From Calditrichia bacterium (GTDB lineage: Bacteria > Calditrichota > Calditrichia > RBG-13-44-9 > J075), in the NCBI GenBank assembly GCA_050633245.1, contig JBOEGD010000014.1, positions 106,591-158,513 of the forward strand: a DNA stretch of 51,923 bases. The letters run 5' to 3'. A program made the translations under genes and the position numbers. The notes under the pieces were generated by a model. That model saw only the letters and a program-made list of their open reading frames with translations. It did not search any database and was not told the origin of the DNA. Positions 20,627 through 29,757 of this stretch are shown here, in pieces. How positions within the stretch are numbered: position 1 is the first letter of the stretch; every line of letters starts with the position of its first letter.

Positions 20627-22708
20627 CTAATGCGCATCTTCCTTACTTTTGGCATGTTCTTCAACAATCTTTGCCATTACATCGCCAGGCACGTCTTCAT
20701 AATGCGAGAATTCAAGCGTGAATAATCCCTGTCCCTGCGTCATAGATCGCAATGAGGTTGAATATTTATGAAGCTCGCCAAGCGGAACTTTGGCATTGAC
20801 GACCTGAAAACGGCCATCGGCATCCATCCCGCTGATCTTTCCTCGGCGGCTGGAAATATCGCCCATTACGTCGCCCATATAGTCTTCCGGGACTTTTACA
20901 CGAATATCATAGATCGGCTCGAGCAGTGCCGGCTTGGCATTAGCGAAAGCGCTTTTGAACCCTATAGAAGCTGCCACTTTAAAGGCATTTTCAGAAGAAT
21001 CGACATTGTGATAGGTGCCATCATAAACAGTAACTTTTACATCGACAATCTGACAGCCAGCAAGAATCCCGTTGTTACAGGTTTCTATACAGCCTTTTTC
21101 CACAGCGGGAATAAATTTGCCGGGAATAGAGCCGCCAACTACAGCGTCAACAAACTCAAAGCCTTCACCACGAGGTTGTGGCTCGAGGCGTAAATGACAA
21201 TCGCCATATTGTCCACGTCCACCGGACTGCTTTTTGAATTTACCCTGCGCTTCAGATGAGCTTTTAATCGTTTCACGATAGGGAATGCGCGGTTTGCTCT
21301 CTTCAATTTCTACACCAAAGCGCTGCTTCAGGCGATTAAAATTGATAAGCAAATGTAGTTCACCCTGCCCGGAGACAATGGTCTGTCGCAATTCCGGATC
21401 AAAGGTAACGGTGAGTGTAGGGTCTTCCTGATGAAGTACATTCAGCCCGGTTCCAAGCTTATCCTCATCGCCCTTTGTCTTGGGAGTTACCGCCGTGCGT
21501 ATCAGTGGGTTCGGAAAGTTGATGCCGGGAAGTTTTGCCTCTTTACCTTTCGCGGCAAGCGTGTCACCGGTATGCGTAGACTTTAGCTTCACCAGTGCAC
21601 AAATATCACCGGCATGCACACTGTCGACATTCTTTTTACCTTTGCCGTTAAGAATATACATCTGCCCGATGCGTTCGCTTTTACTATAATTAACGTTGAT
21701 CGCTTCATCACCGGATTTTAATACTCCGGATGTAACTTTCACATAAGATAATTCTCCAACATGTTCTTCAGACATCGTCGCAAAGACCAGTGCAGAGAGT
21801 GGATCGGAATCAACTCTGGCGCGTTCACTACCATCTTCTGCTACTGCAGCTGGCATATCTGAGGACGTTGGTAAATATTCTACGATAAAATCCAGCAGGC
21901 TACTAACCCCAATGTTCTCGGTAGCAGCAGTGGCTAAGACCGGAACAATTGTGCGGTTTAATACGGCTTTTTTAAACCCGTTTATCAGTTCTTCTTCACC
22001 GAGCTCGCCTTCTTCAAAGTATTTCTCCAATAGTGTATCATCCGATTCAGCAACTGCTTCTACCAGATTGTTTCGGATCTCCGCAACTTTTTCGAGGATC
22101 TCCTCCGGGAGGTCTTCCACGATGAACTTTCCGTTACCGTCTGTTTCGTAGGTATATAATTTTTTCTTCAGGATGTCTACAACCCGATGAAAACCCGGAC
22201 CAGAAGTCAGGGGAATTTCCGCAATGGTGAGTTTCTTGCCAAAACGTTCGCGCAATTCATTGTAAATAGTCTGGAAACTTACGTTTTCTTTTTCAAGTTT
22301 GTTAATCACATAGAAGCGCGGCATCTCATACTCATCGGCTAACTCGCGTAGCCTCTCGGTTCCTACCTCAACACCATCGGAAGCAGAAACAACGATCATC
22401 ATGATATCGGCAGCTCGCATCCCGCTTACGACGCCGCCAAAAAAATCACTAAATCCCGGCGTATCAACAAAGTTGACCTTGGTATCCTTCCAAACTCCAT
22501 GTGTTAGCGATGAGCTGATAGAAACCTGTCGTTCAATTTCATTCGCATTGAAATCCGAAACGGTGTTTCCATCTTCAACCTTACCCATCCGATTGATTTC
22601 GCCCATATTGAAAAGTAATGCCTCGACCAATGACGTTTTTCCACATCCGCTGTGGCCGCCTACTCCTATATTGCGGATTTTTTCACCCGAATAAACTTTC
22701 ATGGGCAA
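20627..22708 (-). CDS. fusA: Elongation factor G paralog (EF-G2/FusA2)
   Basis: GHSGCGKT, DTPG, GQGELHL, KQSGGRGQYG, full five-domain length; variant switch I (RQVSI) and G4 (NKLE); not beside rpsL/rpsG/tuf. Confidence 0.9.
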   Translation of the reverse strand: MPMKVYSGEKIRNIGVGGHSGCGKTSLVEALLFNMGEINRMGKVEDGNTVSDFNANEIERQVSISSSLTHGVWKDTKVNFVDTPGFSDFFGGVVSGMRAADIMMIVVSASDGVEVGTERLRELADEYEMPRFYVINKLEKENVSFQTIYNELRERFGKKLTIAEIPLTSGPGFHRVVDILKKKLYTYETDGNGKFIVEDLPEEILEKVAEIRNNLVEAVAESDDTLLEKYFEEGELGEEELINGFKKAVLNRTIVPVLATAATENIGVSSLLDFIVEYLPTSSDMPAAVAEDGSERARVDSDPLSALVFATMSEEHVGELSYVKVTSGVLKSGDEAINVNYSKSERIGQMYILNGKGKKNVDSVHAGDICALVKLKSTHTGDTLAAKGKEAKLPGINFPNPLIRTAVTPKTKGDEDKLGTGLNVLHQEDPTLTVTFDPELRQTIVSGQGELHLLINFNRLKQRFGVEIEESKPRIPYRETIKSSSEAQGKFKKQSGGRGQYGDCHLRLEPQPRGEGFEFVDAVVGGSIPGKFIPAVEKGCIETCNNGILAGCQIVDVKVTVYDGTYHNVDSSENAFKVAASIGFKSAFANAKPALLEPIYDIRVKVPEDYMGDVMGDISSRRGKISGMDADGRFQVVNAKVPLGELHKYSTSLRSMTQGQGLFTLEFSHYEDVPGDVMAKIVEEHAKSKEDAH

Positions 22709-22901
22709 TCCTCCTTTGTATAGTTTGGAAGGTTATAATATATAAAAATGGCGTTGAGAATTGACTTCAAGTCGGTGATTGGAAAATTAATATAGCGGAA
22801 TTCCTGCGAAAGTGTCAAGCGGTTTATCGTGGGTAAAAGCCATTATTGCCGGTTATTTGCGCTGTTTTCAACAAAGTATGGAGAGCAGCCCCGAGGCTCT
22901 T

Positions 22902-22957
22902 AAATAAAGTGGAGCAGTCGAAATAAAGTGGAGCAGTTTTGAAAACTGCTCCACTTT
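22902..22957. repeat. Palindrome with duplicated left arm; likely terminator or REP-like element
   Basis: AAATAAAGTGGAGCAGT at 22902 and 22921; AAAGTGGAGCAGTTTT-G-AAAACTGCTCCACTTT perfect inverted repeat. Confidence 0.8.
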
Positions 22958-22995
22958 GCTTTTATTTTTCTTAACTAATGAAACAACTCAGGCCA

Positions 22996-25092
22996 TCAGC
23001 GCTCCACAAATACCAGTGCAATCTGCCTATTTTCACCACTTAAGTAATCACCACAGACATAATAACCACTGTTGTCAGGTGCCAATACAGCTGCACGCGG
23101 AAAGAACCCTATGTCGAAACCCCCAAATAGTGCAACATTACGTGAATAAACTTCATTACCATCGGCATCGCTCTCCAGCACAAACCAGTAGTCGTCACTA
23201 TCACGTCTGTAGTCTACTGCCAGATACAAGAAGCGATTTTCAGCCAGCCGGTTAACTCCCGTCATGTATATTCCCAGATTATAATCCTCTTCATAACGAA
23301 ATGCTTTGTTAAAGGTATTCACATTATCTTCAATATGATGCATCCCCAGACCGCTTGAAAGACCTTCGGCGGAAATACGGCTAAAAATAACCAACTTCTC
23401 CAATGAAGTTTCCCAAACCCGCCAGCCAGATGGCCATGCACCACCACCGTATATAATGGTATTTAAAAACTCCGTGCCGTCTGCTGCAATTCGTAACGCA
23501 TAGACACTATAACCGTTACCGCCAGGAGCGATAATACTACCGGTAGCAAAAAAGTTACCATTGTCAGTCTGAATTACGTCCCTGATTCCTATGCCGAATC
23601 CACTTGGGCTATTATAATACGCCTCAGACAAACTATCTCCACTCGTATCCAACCACTGCACATACGCCGATCGTGTCCCGTTTCCGGCAAACAAATAGCC
23701 CCCGCCTAAGCGTTCAATGGTAACGCCGCTAAACTGATTTGAATTCGGCGTTATTAGTTCCCGGCCCCACTGTTCGCTGCCTTGTGCATCGACGCGATAG
23801 ATAACATTATCGTTAGTGTCGTTTTCAACCCGCCCGGTAAGCACATAACCACCATCGCTGACAGTACGGATTGTCAGCGCCGTCTCATTATTGGCACCAC
23901 CGTAACTTTGCTCCCAAACCACGTTAAAATCACTGTCCAACTCCATTAGGAAAAGGTCTTCATCACCGCCGCCATACGACGTCGAATGACCGAAGACCAG
24001 CAGGTTGCCGTTGGGCCTTCGAAGCATGTCCACAACCTCTTCATCTCCACCACCACCGAAACTGCGCATCGTAATAAAGTAAAGCGTATCCTGCCAGGCG
24101 TAGGCAGGCAAGCCAACGATCGAACTGCGATAACGCAGATAATACGCCTTAAACGAAGGTAGCTGCACTTCCAACGATTGACCGGTCGTAGAATCGGTAT
24201 AAACGACAGTCTGAAAGTCCCTATCCGTTGCAATCTCAATTTGAATTGTCTCATACTCCCCCGGCGGATCTTGCCAAATAAAGACGGCAGGGTCACCGTT
24301 AACTTGACTGCTATCCATCGGAGAAATGAGCACCAGCGAGTCCGGATCGCCGGGGATCGCCGTAAAAGCGGTTTCATCAACCCAAGTGTATCCCTCCAAC
24401 GGCCCAACATCACGCCGATAGCGAAAATAGTAAATATCGGGAAGAACCAAAGAAGAAATAGCTCGATAGCTATCTGTCGAGTCATCAAGAATCAGATTGG
24501 AAAAATCCTGCTGCAATGAGATCTGATAAAAAAACTTATGGGTCGATTGCGACGTACTGTCCCATTCCAACACTATTTGCTCTCCGATACGCACGGTGTC
24601 TGGCAATGGCTTAAACAAATCGGGGTGTGGATCTGTCGGCAAGTTTGCCGGGTCTTTTTCACGAACACCAAAACGAACCGTATCGGTCCAAACGTATCCC
24701 TCAGGAGTCGACTCAGCAACGCGTTTATATCGCAGGTAATAGTAATCGGTAGTTTGCAACTGAACCGTTGTGTCTAAATCTGCGATGATTTGAGCGGTAA
24801 TAAGAGAATCAAACCCGGAGTCGGAGGAAACCTGAAATTGTAATGAGTCTTTCCAGTCTTGAGGCCTGCTCCAAACGAAAGGAACAGACCCAACCGGCAG
24901 GATACCTTCTTCATTTGGTAACACAAGCTGTAGTGCCATCGGATCACTTATCGGAGGCTTTTCACCACCTCCATCGCTCCCGCCTGATGGAGTCGTCGGA
25001 TCTTTTGAACAGCTCGCAGCAGAAACAGCAAGAAGAAGGAATACCAGGAAATTTTTGAATACTTGACTCGGCATATCTTTTATTCCTTTCAA
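22996..25092 (-). CDS. Lipoprotein with three FN3/Ig-like repeats and C-terminal beta-propeller-like region
   Basis: Lipobox LLLAVSAAS-C; three ~95-aa units with W...Q[VI]S...F...YY[LF]RY[KR]...Y.W.D; WEQSYGG/DGGYVLTG propeller-type motifs; true start may be a few codons downstream. Confidence 0.75.
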   Translation of the reverse strand: MKGIKDMPSQVFKNFLVFLLLAVSAASCSKDPTTPSGGSDGGGEKPPISDPMALQLVLPNEEGILPVGSVPFVWSRPQDWKDSLQFQVSSDSGFDSLITAQIIADLDTTVQLQTTDYYYLRYKRVAESTPEGYVWTDTVRFGVREKDPANLPTDPHPDLFKPLPDTVRIGEQIVLEWDSTSQSTHKFFYQISLQQDFSNLILDDSTDSYRAISSLVLPDIYYFRYRRDVGPLEGYTWVDETAFTAIPGDPDSLVLISPMDSSQVNGDPAVFIWQDPPGEYETIQIEIATDRDFQTVVYTDSTTGQSLEVQLPSFKAYYLRYRSSIVGLPAYAWQDTLYFITMRSFGGGGDEEVVDMLRRPNGNLLVFGHSTSYGGGDEDLFLMELDSDFNVVWEQSYGGANNETALTIRTVSDGGYVLTGRVENDTNDNVIYRVDAQGSEQWGRELITPNSNQFSGVTIERLGGGYLFAGNGTRSAYVQWLDTSGDSLSEAYYNSPSGFGIGIRDVIQTDNGNFFATGSIIAPGGNGYSVYALRIAADGTEFLNTIIYGGGAWPSGWRVWETSLEKLVIFSRISAEGLSSGLGMHHIEDNVNTFNKAFRYEEDYNLGIYMTGVNRLAENRFLYLAVDYRRDSDDYWFVLESDADGNEVYSRNVALFGGFDIGFFPRAAVLAPDNSGYYVCGDYLSGENRQIALVFVER

Positions 25093-25234
25093 TTATCGCT
25101 TAACAAGTACCGGTGCAATTTGCCCTATGGGTTGGTGAAACATTTAACAACGCCTAAACCTGTTCAGCTTTCACCCACAGCTCTACATACATGAAATAAC
25201 TATACCGCTCGTTTTTTAGCATATAGCACGTTTA

Positions 25235-25253
25235 ATAGCCACAATGTGGCTAT
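25235..25253. promoter_or_regulatory. Perfect 19-bp palindrome, candidate operator
   Basis: ATAGCCACA-A-TGTGGCTAT in a divergent intergenic region. Confidence 0.55.
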
Positions 25254-25475
25254 CAATTTAAGGGATTGATTAGAATGAGGGGAGAAAATCTTGCGCTTTA
25301 TTCATCTGTTCCGCACACAGAAAGACGTTCTATAATCAAACTACACAACAGAATTACAAGAATCAATTTTTTTTATCGGGAGTTACATCATCAACTGCTT
25401 CGCTTTCAGTTTCCTGTTGATAATCTCAGCCATCCCCGCTATTTTCATCTGACATTCAAAACCAGAGGACTTCCA

Positions 25476-27071
25476 ATGCGCTTTATCTTTCTTGGCGGAT
25501 TTATCACGCTATTCATTCTCGTTGCCCTTGTTGCTCAAGTTTACCCTGCCGCATGGTTTTCGGTAATTCTGCTTGGCCCGCTGTTTCTGCTCGGCCTATA
25601 CGACATCCTGCAAACGAAGCATGCTGTTCTACGCAACTTCCCTCTGGTAGGTCATTTTCGCTATCTCTTTGAGATGATAAGACCCGAGATAGCACAATAT
25701 TTTATTGAATCCGACACGGATGGCAAACCATTCAGCCGCGATCAACGCTCGGTGGTCTACCAGCGCGCTAAAGATGTGCGCGACACGGTGCCATTCGGCA
25801 CGCTGCGTGATGTCTACGCCGTAGGCTATGAATGGGTCAATCATTCTATTTCGCCAACTCACGTGGCAGCACATAGCTTGCGCACCATGGTTGGTGGAGA
25901 AAACTGCAAGCAACCTTACTCTGCCAGTTTGTTCAACATTTCAGCAATGAGTTATGGCTCACTCAGCAAGGTAGCCGTGCAGTCACTAAATGAGGGCGCG
26001 AAGATGGGGAGTTTTGCGCACAACACCGGCGAAGGCGGCATCAGTCCATATCATCTTTCAGGTGGCGATTTAATCTGGCAAATTGGCACCGGCTACTTTG
26101 GCTGTCGCAATGCTCAGGGGAATTTTTCTCCCGAGGCCTTTCGCGAAGAAGCGATTCGCCCGGAAGTAAAAATGATCGAGCTAAAGCTCTCTCAGGGCGC
26201 AAAGCCGGGACATGGTGGAATTCTACCTGCATCCAAGTTAACACCGGAGATTGCCAAAATTCGTAAAGTGGGGCTAGGAAAAGACGTGCTTTCTCCTCCC
26301 GGACATTCTGCTTTTTCTACACCAATAGGCCTGCTGGAATTTGTTCAAAATCTACGCGAGCTAAGCGATGGAAAACCGATCGGGTTCAAGCTCTGTATTG
26401 GGAAGCGGCGCGAGTTCATCGCCATTTGCAAAGCAATGCGAGAAACCGGAATTATGCCGGATTTTATTGCGATAGATGGTGGTGAAGGTGGCACCGGAGC
26501 CGCACCATTGGAGTTTTCAAACAACATCGGTTCACCGCTGGTTGAAGGACTTATTTTCGCTCACAATGCCCTGGTGGGGTATTCTCTGCGTAGTCAGATT
26601 CGCCTGGTTGCCAGTGGTAAGGTTACCACCGGGATCGCGATGGTAAAACGACTGGCATTGGGCGCAGATATCTGCTATTCCGCGCGTGCCATGATGATGG
26701 CACTTGGCTGCATCCAGGCCTTAAAATGTAACTCAAACCACTGTCCGGTTGGTGTGGCAACGCAAAACCCCGAACTCATGCGTGGACTGGTCGTTTCGGA
26801 TAAGAACAAACGGGTAGCCAACTTCCACAAGGAACATATGGAGAGTTTTTCCGAAATTTTAGGAGCAATGGGACTCAGCTCTCCCGATGAGCTGCGCCCC
26901 TGGCACATTTTGCGTCGCACCGGTGCCAACACCGTTAAGCACTATGGCGAGATATACGACTATCTTGAAGACGGTGAACTACTGCAAAAGAAGCTACCGC
27001 CGTCATACGAGCGAGCATGCGAAGCCGCCACAGCCGACAGCTTCGCAAATGTTTTAACAACCGGGGAATAA
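25476..27071 (+). CDS. FMN-binding glutamate synthase family protein (membrane-anchored, stand-alone)
   Basis: ISAMSYGSLS, HNTGEGG, IELKLSQGAKPGHGG, DGGEGGTGAAP, CIQALKCNSNHCP [3Fe-4S] motif; GAGGA RBS before ATG 25476. Confidence 0.92.
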   Translation: MRFIFLGGFITLFILVALVAQVYPAAWFSVILLGPLFLLGLYDILQTKHAVLRNFPLVGHFRYLFEMIRPEIAQYFIESDTDGKPFSRDQRSVVYQRAKDVRDTVPFGTLRDVYAVGYEWVNHSISPTHVAAHSLRTMVGGENCKQPYSASLFNISAMSYGSLSKVAVQSLNEGAKMGSFAHNTGEGGISPYHLSGGDLIWQIGTGYFGCRNAQGNFSPEAFREEAIRPEVKMIELKLSQGAKPGHGGILPASKLTPEIAKIRKVGLGKDVLSPPGHSAFSTPIGLLEFVQNLRELSDGKPIGFKLCIGKRREFIAICKAMRETGIMPDFIAIDGGEGGTGAAPLEFSNNIGSPLVEGLIFAHNALVGYSLRSQIRLVASGKVTTGIAMVKRLALGADICYSARAMMMALGCIQALKCNSNHCPVGVATQNPELMRGLVVSDKNKRVANFHKEHMESFSEILGAMGLSSPDELRPWHILRRTGANTVKHYGEIYDYLEDGELLQKKLPPSYERACEAATADSFANVLTTGE

Positions 27072-27584
27072 TCAGGTTTTAAGATACCAGGCAAAGATGA
27101 GCGAAAAAACAATGCCCACCGGCAAATAGGTAAAAAAAGCAACCATAGCCTGAAAGGCAGGATTCATGAAAAGTCCCTGCATTTCACCCATGTCTCTGAG
27201 TTCCTGCTCTTTTTGCTCCTGCGTCATATCGGAGGAACGAATCTGATCGGCATAATGTTCACGTGCAACCTCGGAAAATTGATCCGCCTGCCCGGAGGCA
27301 AAGAGCACTCCGGTAAAACCGCCGATTATCGTCGAAGCGATAATCGCAATTAACGCTCCCACCTTAAATGCCCCACCGAAACTAATATGTCCACCAGCCT
27401 CATTATCCCGATATCCCTTGATGCCGATAAACAAAAACACCATCGAAAAAAGAATCGAAGCCCAACCAAATATTTCTGCCAGAGTAAAGTTTAAGTCGGG
27501 TCCATATACCATAACCGGCCCAATCATCGTAACAACCAGCATGAGACCAATACCTAGTCCAAACTTTGTAATTCTGCTATTCAT
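27072..27584 (-). CDS. DUF4199-family membrane protein
   Basis: 4 TM helices; YRDNEAGGHISFGGAFKVG. Confidence 0.8.
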   Translation of the reverse strand: MNSRITKFGLGIGLMLVVTMIGPVMVYGPDLNFTLAEIFGWASILFSMVFLFIGIKGYRDNEAGGHISFGGAFKVGALIAIIASTIIGGFTGVLFASGQADQFSEVAREHYADQIRSSDMTQEQKEQELRDMGEMQGLFMNPAFQAMVAFFTYLPVGIVFSLIFAWYLKT

Positions 27585-27643
27585 ATCATCCCTTTCTGTG
27601 AGGTTCTTTATCTAAAATGGTAGCGGAAAAACAGCGAGATGTC

Positions 27644-27663
27644 AATCGCCCGAAAGAGTGATT
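27644..27663. promoter_or_regulatory. Candidate LuxR/NarL-type operator
   Basis: Imperfect palindrome AATCGCCCGAAAGAGTGATT between the LuxR gene and the DUF4199 gene. Confidence 0.5.
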
Positions 27664-27683
27664 TTTGGCTAAAAACGCCGGTT

Positions 27684-28100
27684 TTAGTCGATTATACCCA
27701 ATTCTCGTGCTCGAAAAAGCGCTTCGGTCCGACGCCTGGCCTCAAGTTTCTGATAGATATTTTTCAGGTGGGTTTTTGTGGTGTTTAAAGAAATGAACAA
27801 TTTATCAGCAATTTGTTGATTGGAATATCCCTCAGCAAGAAGCAGCAATATCTCATGCTCACGCTTACTCAGCGGAGACTCGACACCCCCAAGCTCACTT
27901 GCTATTGAAGCTTCAGGATCCATTGCTGAATCAGCTTTGGAACGCAGTCCCGCATAAACGCCGATCCCAATGCAAATACCTCCCAGCAAAAGCAAATAGG
28001 TATCGAGAGATAAATAGCGGGAATAAAACGCCGCCTCCAGCGCTTTAAAAAGCACCAGAAGTCCGCCTGTTAAGACACCATAACGCAGTATACGTTTCAT
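27684..28100 (-). CDS. Membrane-anchored LuxR-family regulator
   Basis: Two N-terminal TM helices, no receiver; LSKREHEILLLLAEGYSNQQIADKLFISLNTTKTH. Confidence 0.9.
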   Translation of the reverse strand: MKRILRYGVLTGGLLVLFKALEAAFYSRYLSLDTYLLLLGGICIGIGVYAGLRSKADSAMDPEASIASELGGVESPLSKREHEILLLLAEGYSNQQIADKLFISLNTTKTHLKNIYQKLEARRRTEALFRARELGIID

Positions 28101-28365
28101 AAGCCGAATGTCCCGGTTGAATTCCTCTTTAAGAAATCGTATGTTTTGATTAAAAGCAAGAAGCAAGATGTGAGATGCGGGCGTGCAATTAAATGATAGG
28201 GGGAGCTTTATTCACATCTCACCCACAACAAAAGGCATGGGCTTCGTTTAAATTGCCCCATTGCTCATTGCTTTTGAACTTGAACGTTGAATACTGTATC
28301 ATGAAAACCTGATCGCGCATCAAATGAATAGTTACCCAAACACATCTAAAATATGAGAGGCATTC

Positions 28366-29757
28366 ATGACACCGGAAGACCTGTGTATTTTTAAAGATTT
28401 TGAGGAACTGCCCCCTGAAACGCTGGCATGGCTTCTGGAAAAGGGCACCTGCCGGAACCTGGAAGTCGGAGACTATTTTTTCAGGAAAGGCGATCCGATG
28501 GATGATATGCATCTCATTCATTCCGGTCTGTACGTCGCGCGGTTCGAACAGAATGGTCAATTCCGCGAGCTGGGACGCTTTAAACGCGGCGATATCACCG
28601 GAGTCCTTCCTTACTCTCGTGCAGTCAAGGCAACTGCAGAAGCGATTACACTGGAAGCCGGCAAGGTCGTTTCCATAAACCGTAAACAATTCCCTGAACT
28701 TATACGCGAGCACCATGAGCTAACAACGGTGCTGGTGCATATTATGACCAGCCGCGTTCGTGAATTTACCAAAGACGTGCAGCAGAACGAAAAATTGATG
28801 GCGCTTGGAAAATTGTCGGCAGGCTTAGCACATGAACTGAACAATCCGGCTGCCGCGGTAGTACGCAGCTCGGCGGAACTTAAAAGACATCTCACTACAG
28901 GGCCAGATAAGTTTAAACAAGTGATGTTAATTCGCATCACGCCCGAGCAGGTTGATGCTGTAAATGACATCCTTTTTCGAAGGCTCGATGCCGGACAACG
29001 CAACGACCTTTCAATGATGGAAAAAAGCAGCATGGAAGATGAAATTGCCGATTGGCTCGAAGAGCACGGCATGGAGGATGGGTATGAAGTGGCGGAGTCG
29101 CTCGTTGACTTTAACTTTACAATCGATGATCTTGAGGAGATTTTGAGGCATATCGGAGCCGTTGATCTTCCATCTATTGTTACCTGGCTGGACAATGTGC
29201 TCAGCACTGAAAAGCTGGTTCAGGACATAGACGATGCCTCAAAACGTATCTCAGGTATTGTCAAATCGGTAAAAGGTTACACGCACATGGATGAAGCGCA
29301 AGACAGGCGCAAGGTGTCACTAAGAGACGGTATATCCAGCACGCTTACCATGTTGAACCATAAGCTCAAGACCAAGCAAATCAGCGTTGAGCTAGACTTT
29401 GAAGACGGGCTTCCGGAAATAGAAGGCTTTGCCGGTGAACTGAACCAGGTTTGGACGAACTTAATTGACAATGCGCTGGACGCACTCGAAGAAAAGGGCA
29501 AGCTGCTTATAACCGGACAAAAAGATCGAGAGTTCGTGTTAGTTAAATTTATCGACAATGGCAGCGGAATTCCCAAAGACATTCAATCCAAAATATTTGA
29601 TCCATTTTTTACAACCAAAGCAATTAATGAAGGAACCGGACTGGGATTGGACATTGTACATCGGATCATTCGTCGACATAATGGTGATATCAAAGTCGAC
29701 TCCAAGCCGGGCCATACCGAGTTTCAGGTTTGCCTGCCAATAGAAGGTACCCAATGA
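28366..29757 (+). CDS. Cyclic-nucleotide-binding-domain histidine kinase
   Basis: N-terminal cNMP-like domain (FRKGDPMD); AHELNNP, NQVWTNLIDNA, DNGSGIP, FFTTK...GTGLGL. Confidence 0.92.
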   Translation: MTPEDLCIFKDFEELPPETLAWLLEKGTCRNLEVGDYFFRKGDPMDDMHLIHSGLYVARFEQNGQFRELGRFKRGDITGVLPYSRAVKATAEAITLEAGKVVSINRKQFPELIREHHELTTVLVHIMTSRVREFTKDVQQNEKLMALGKLSAGLAHELNNPAAAVVRSSAELKRHLTTGPDKFKQVMLIRITPEQVDAVNDILFRRLDAGQRNDLSMMEKSSMEDEIADWLEEHGMEDGYEVAESLVDFNFTIDDLEEILRHIGAVDLPSIVTWLDNVLSTEKLVQDIDDASKRISGIVKSVKGYTHMDEAQDRRKVSLRDGISSTLTMLNHKLKTKQISVELDFEDGLPEIEGFAGELNQVWTNLIDNALDALEEKGKLLITGQKDREFVLVKFIDNGSGIPKDIQSKIFDPFFTTKAINEGTGLGLDIVHRIIRRHNGDIKVDSKPGHTEFQVCLPIEGTQ

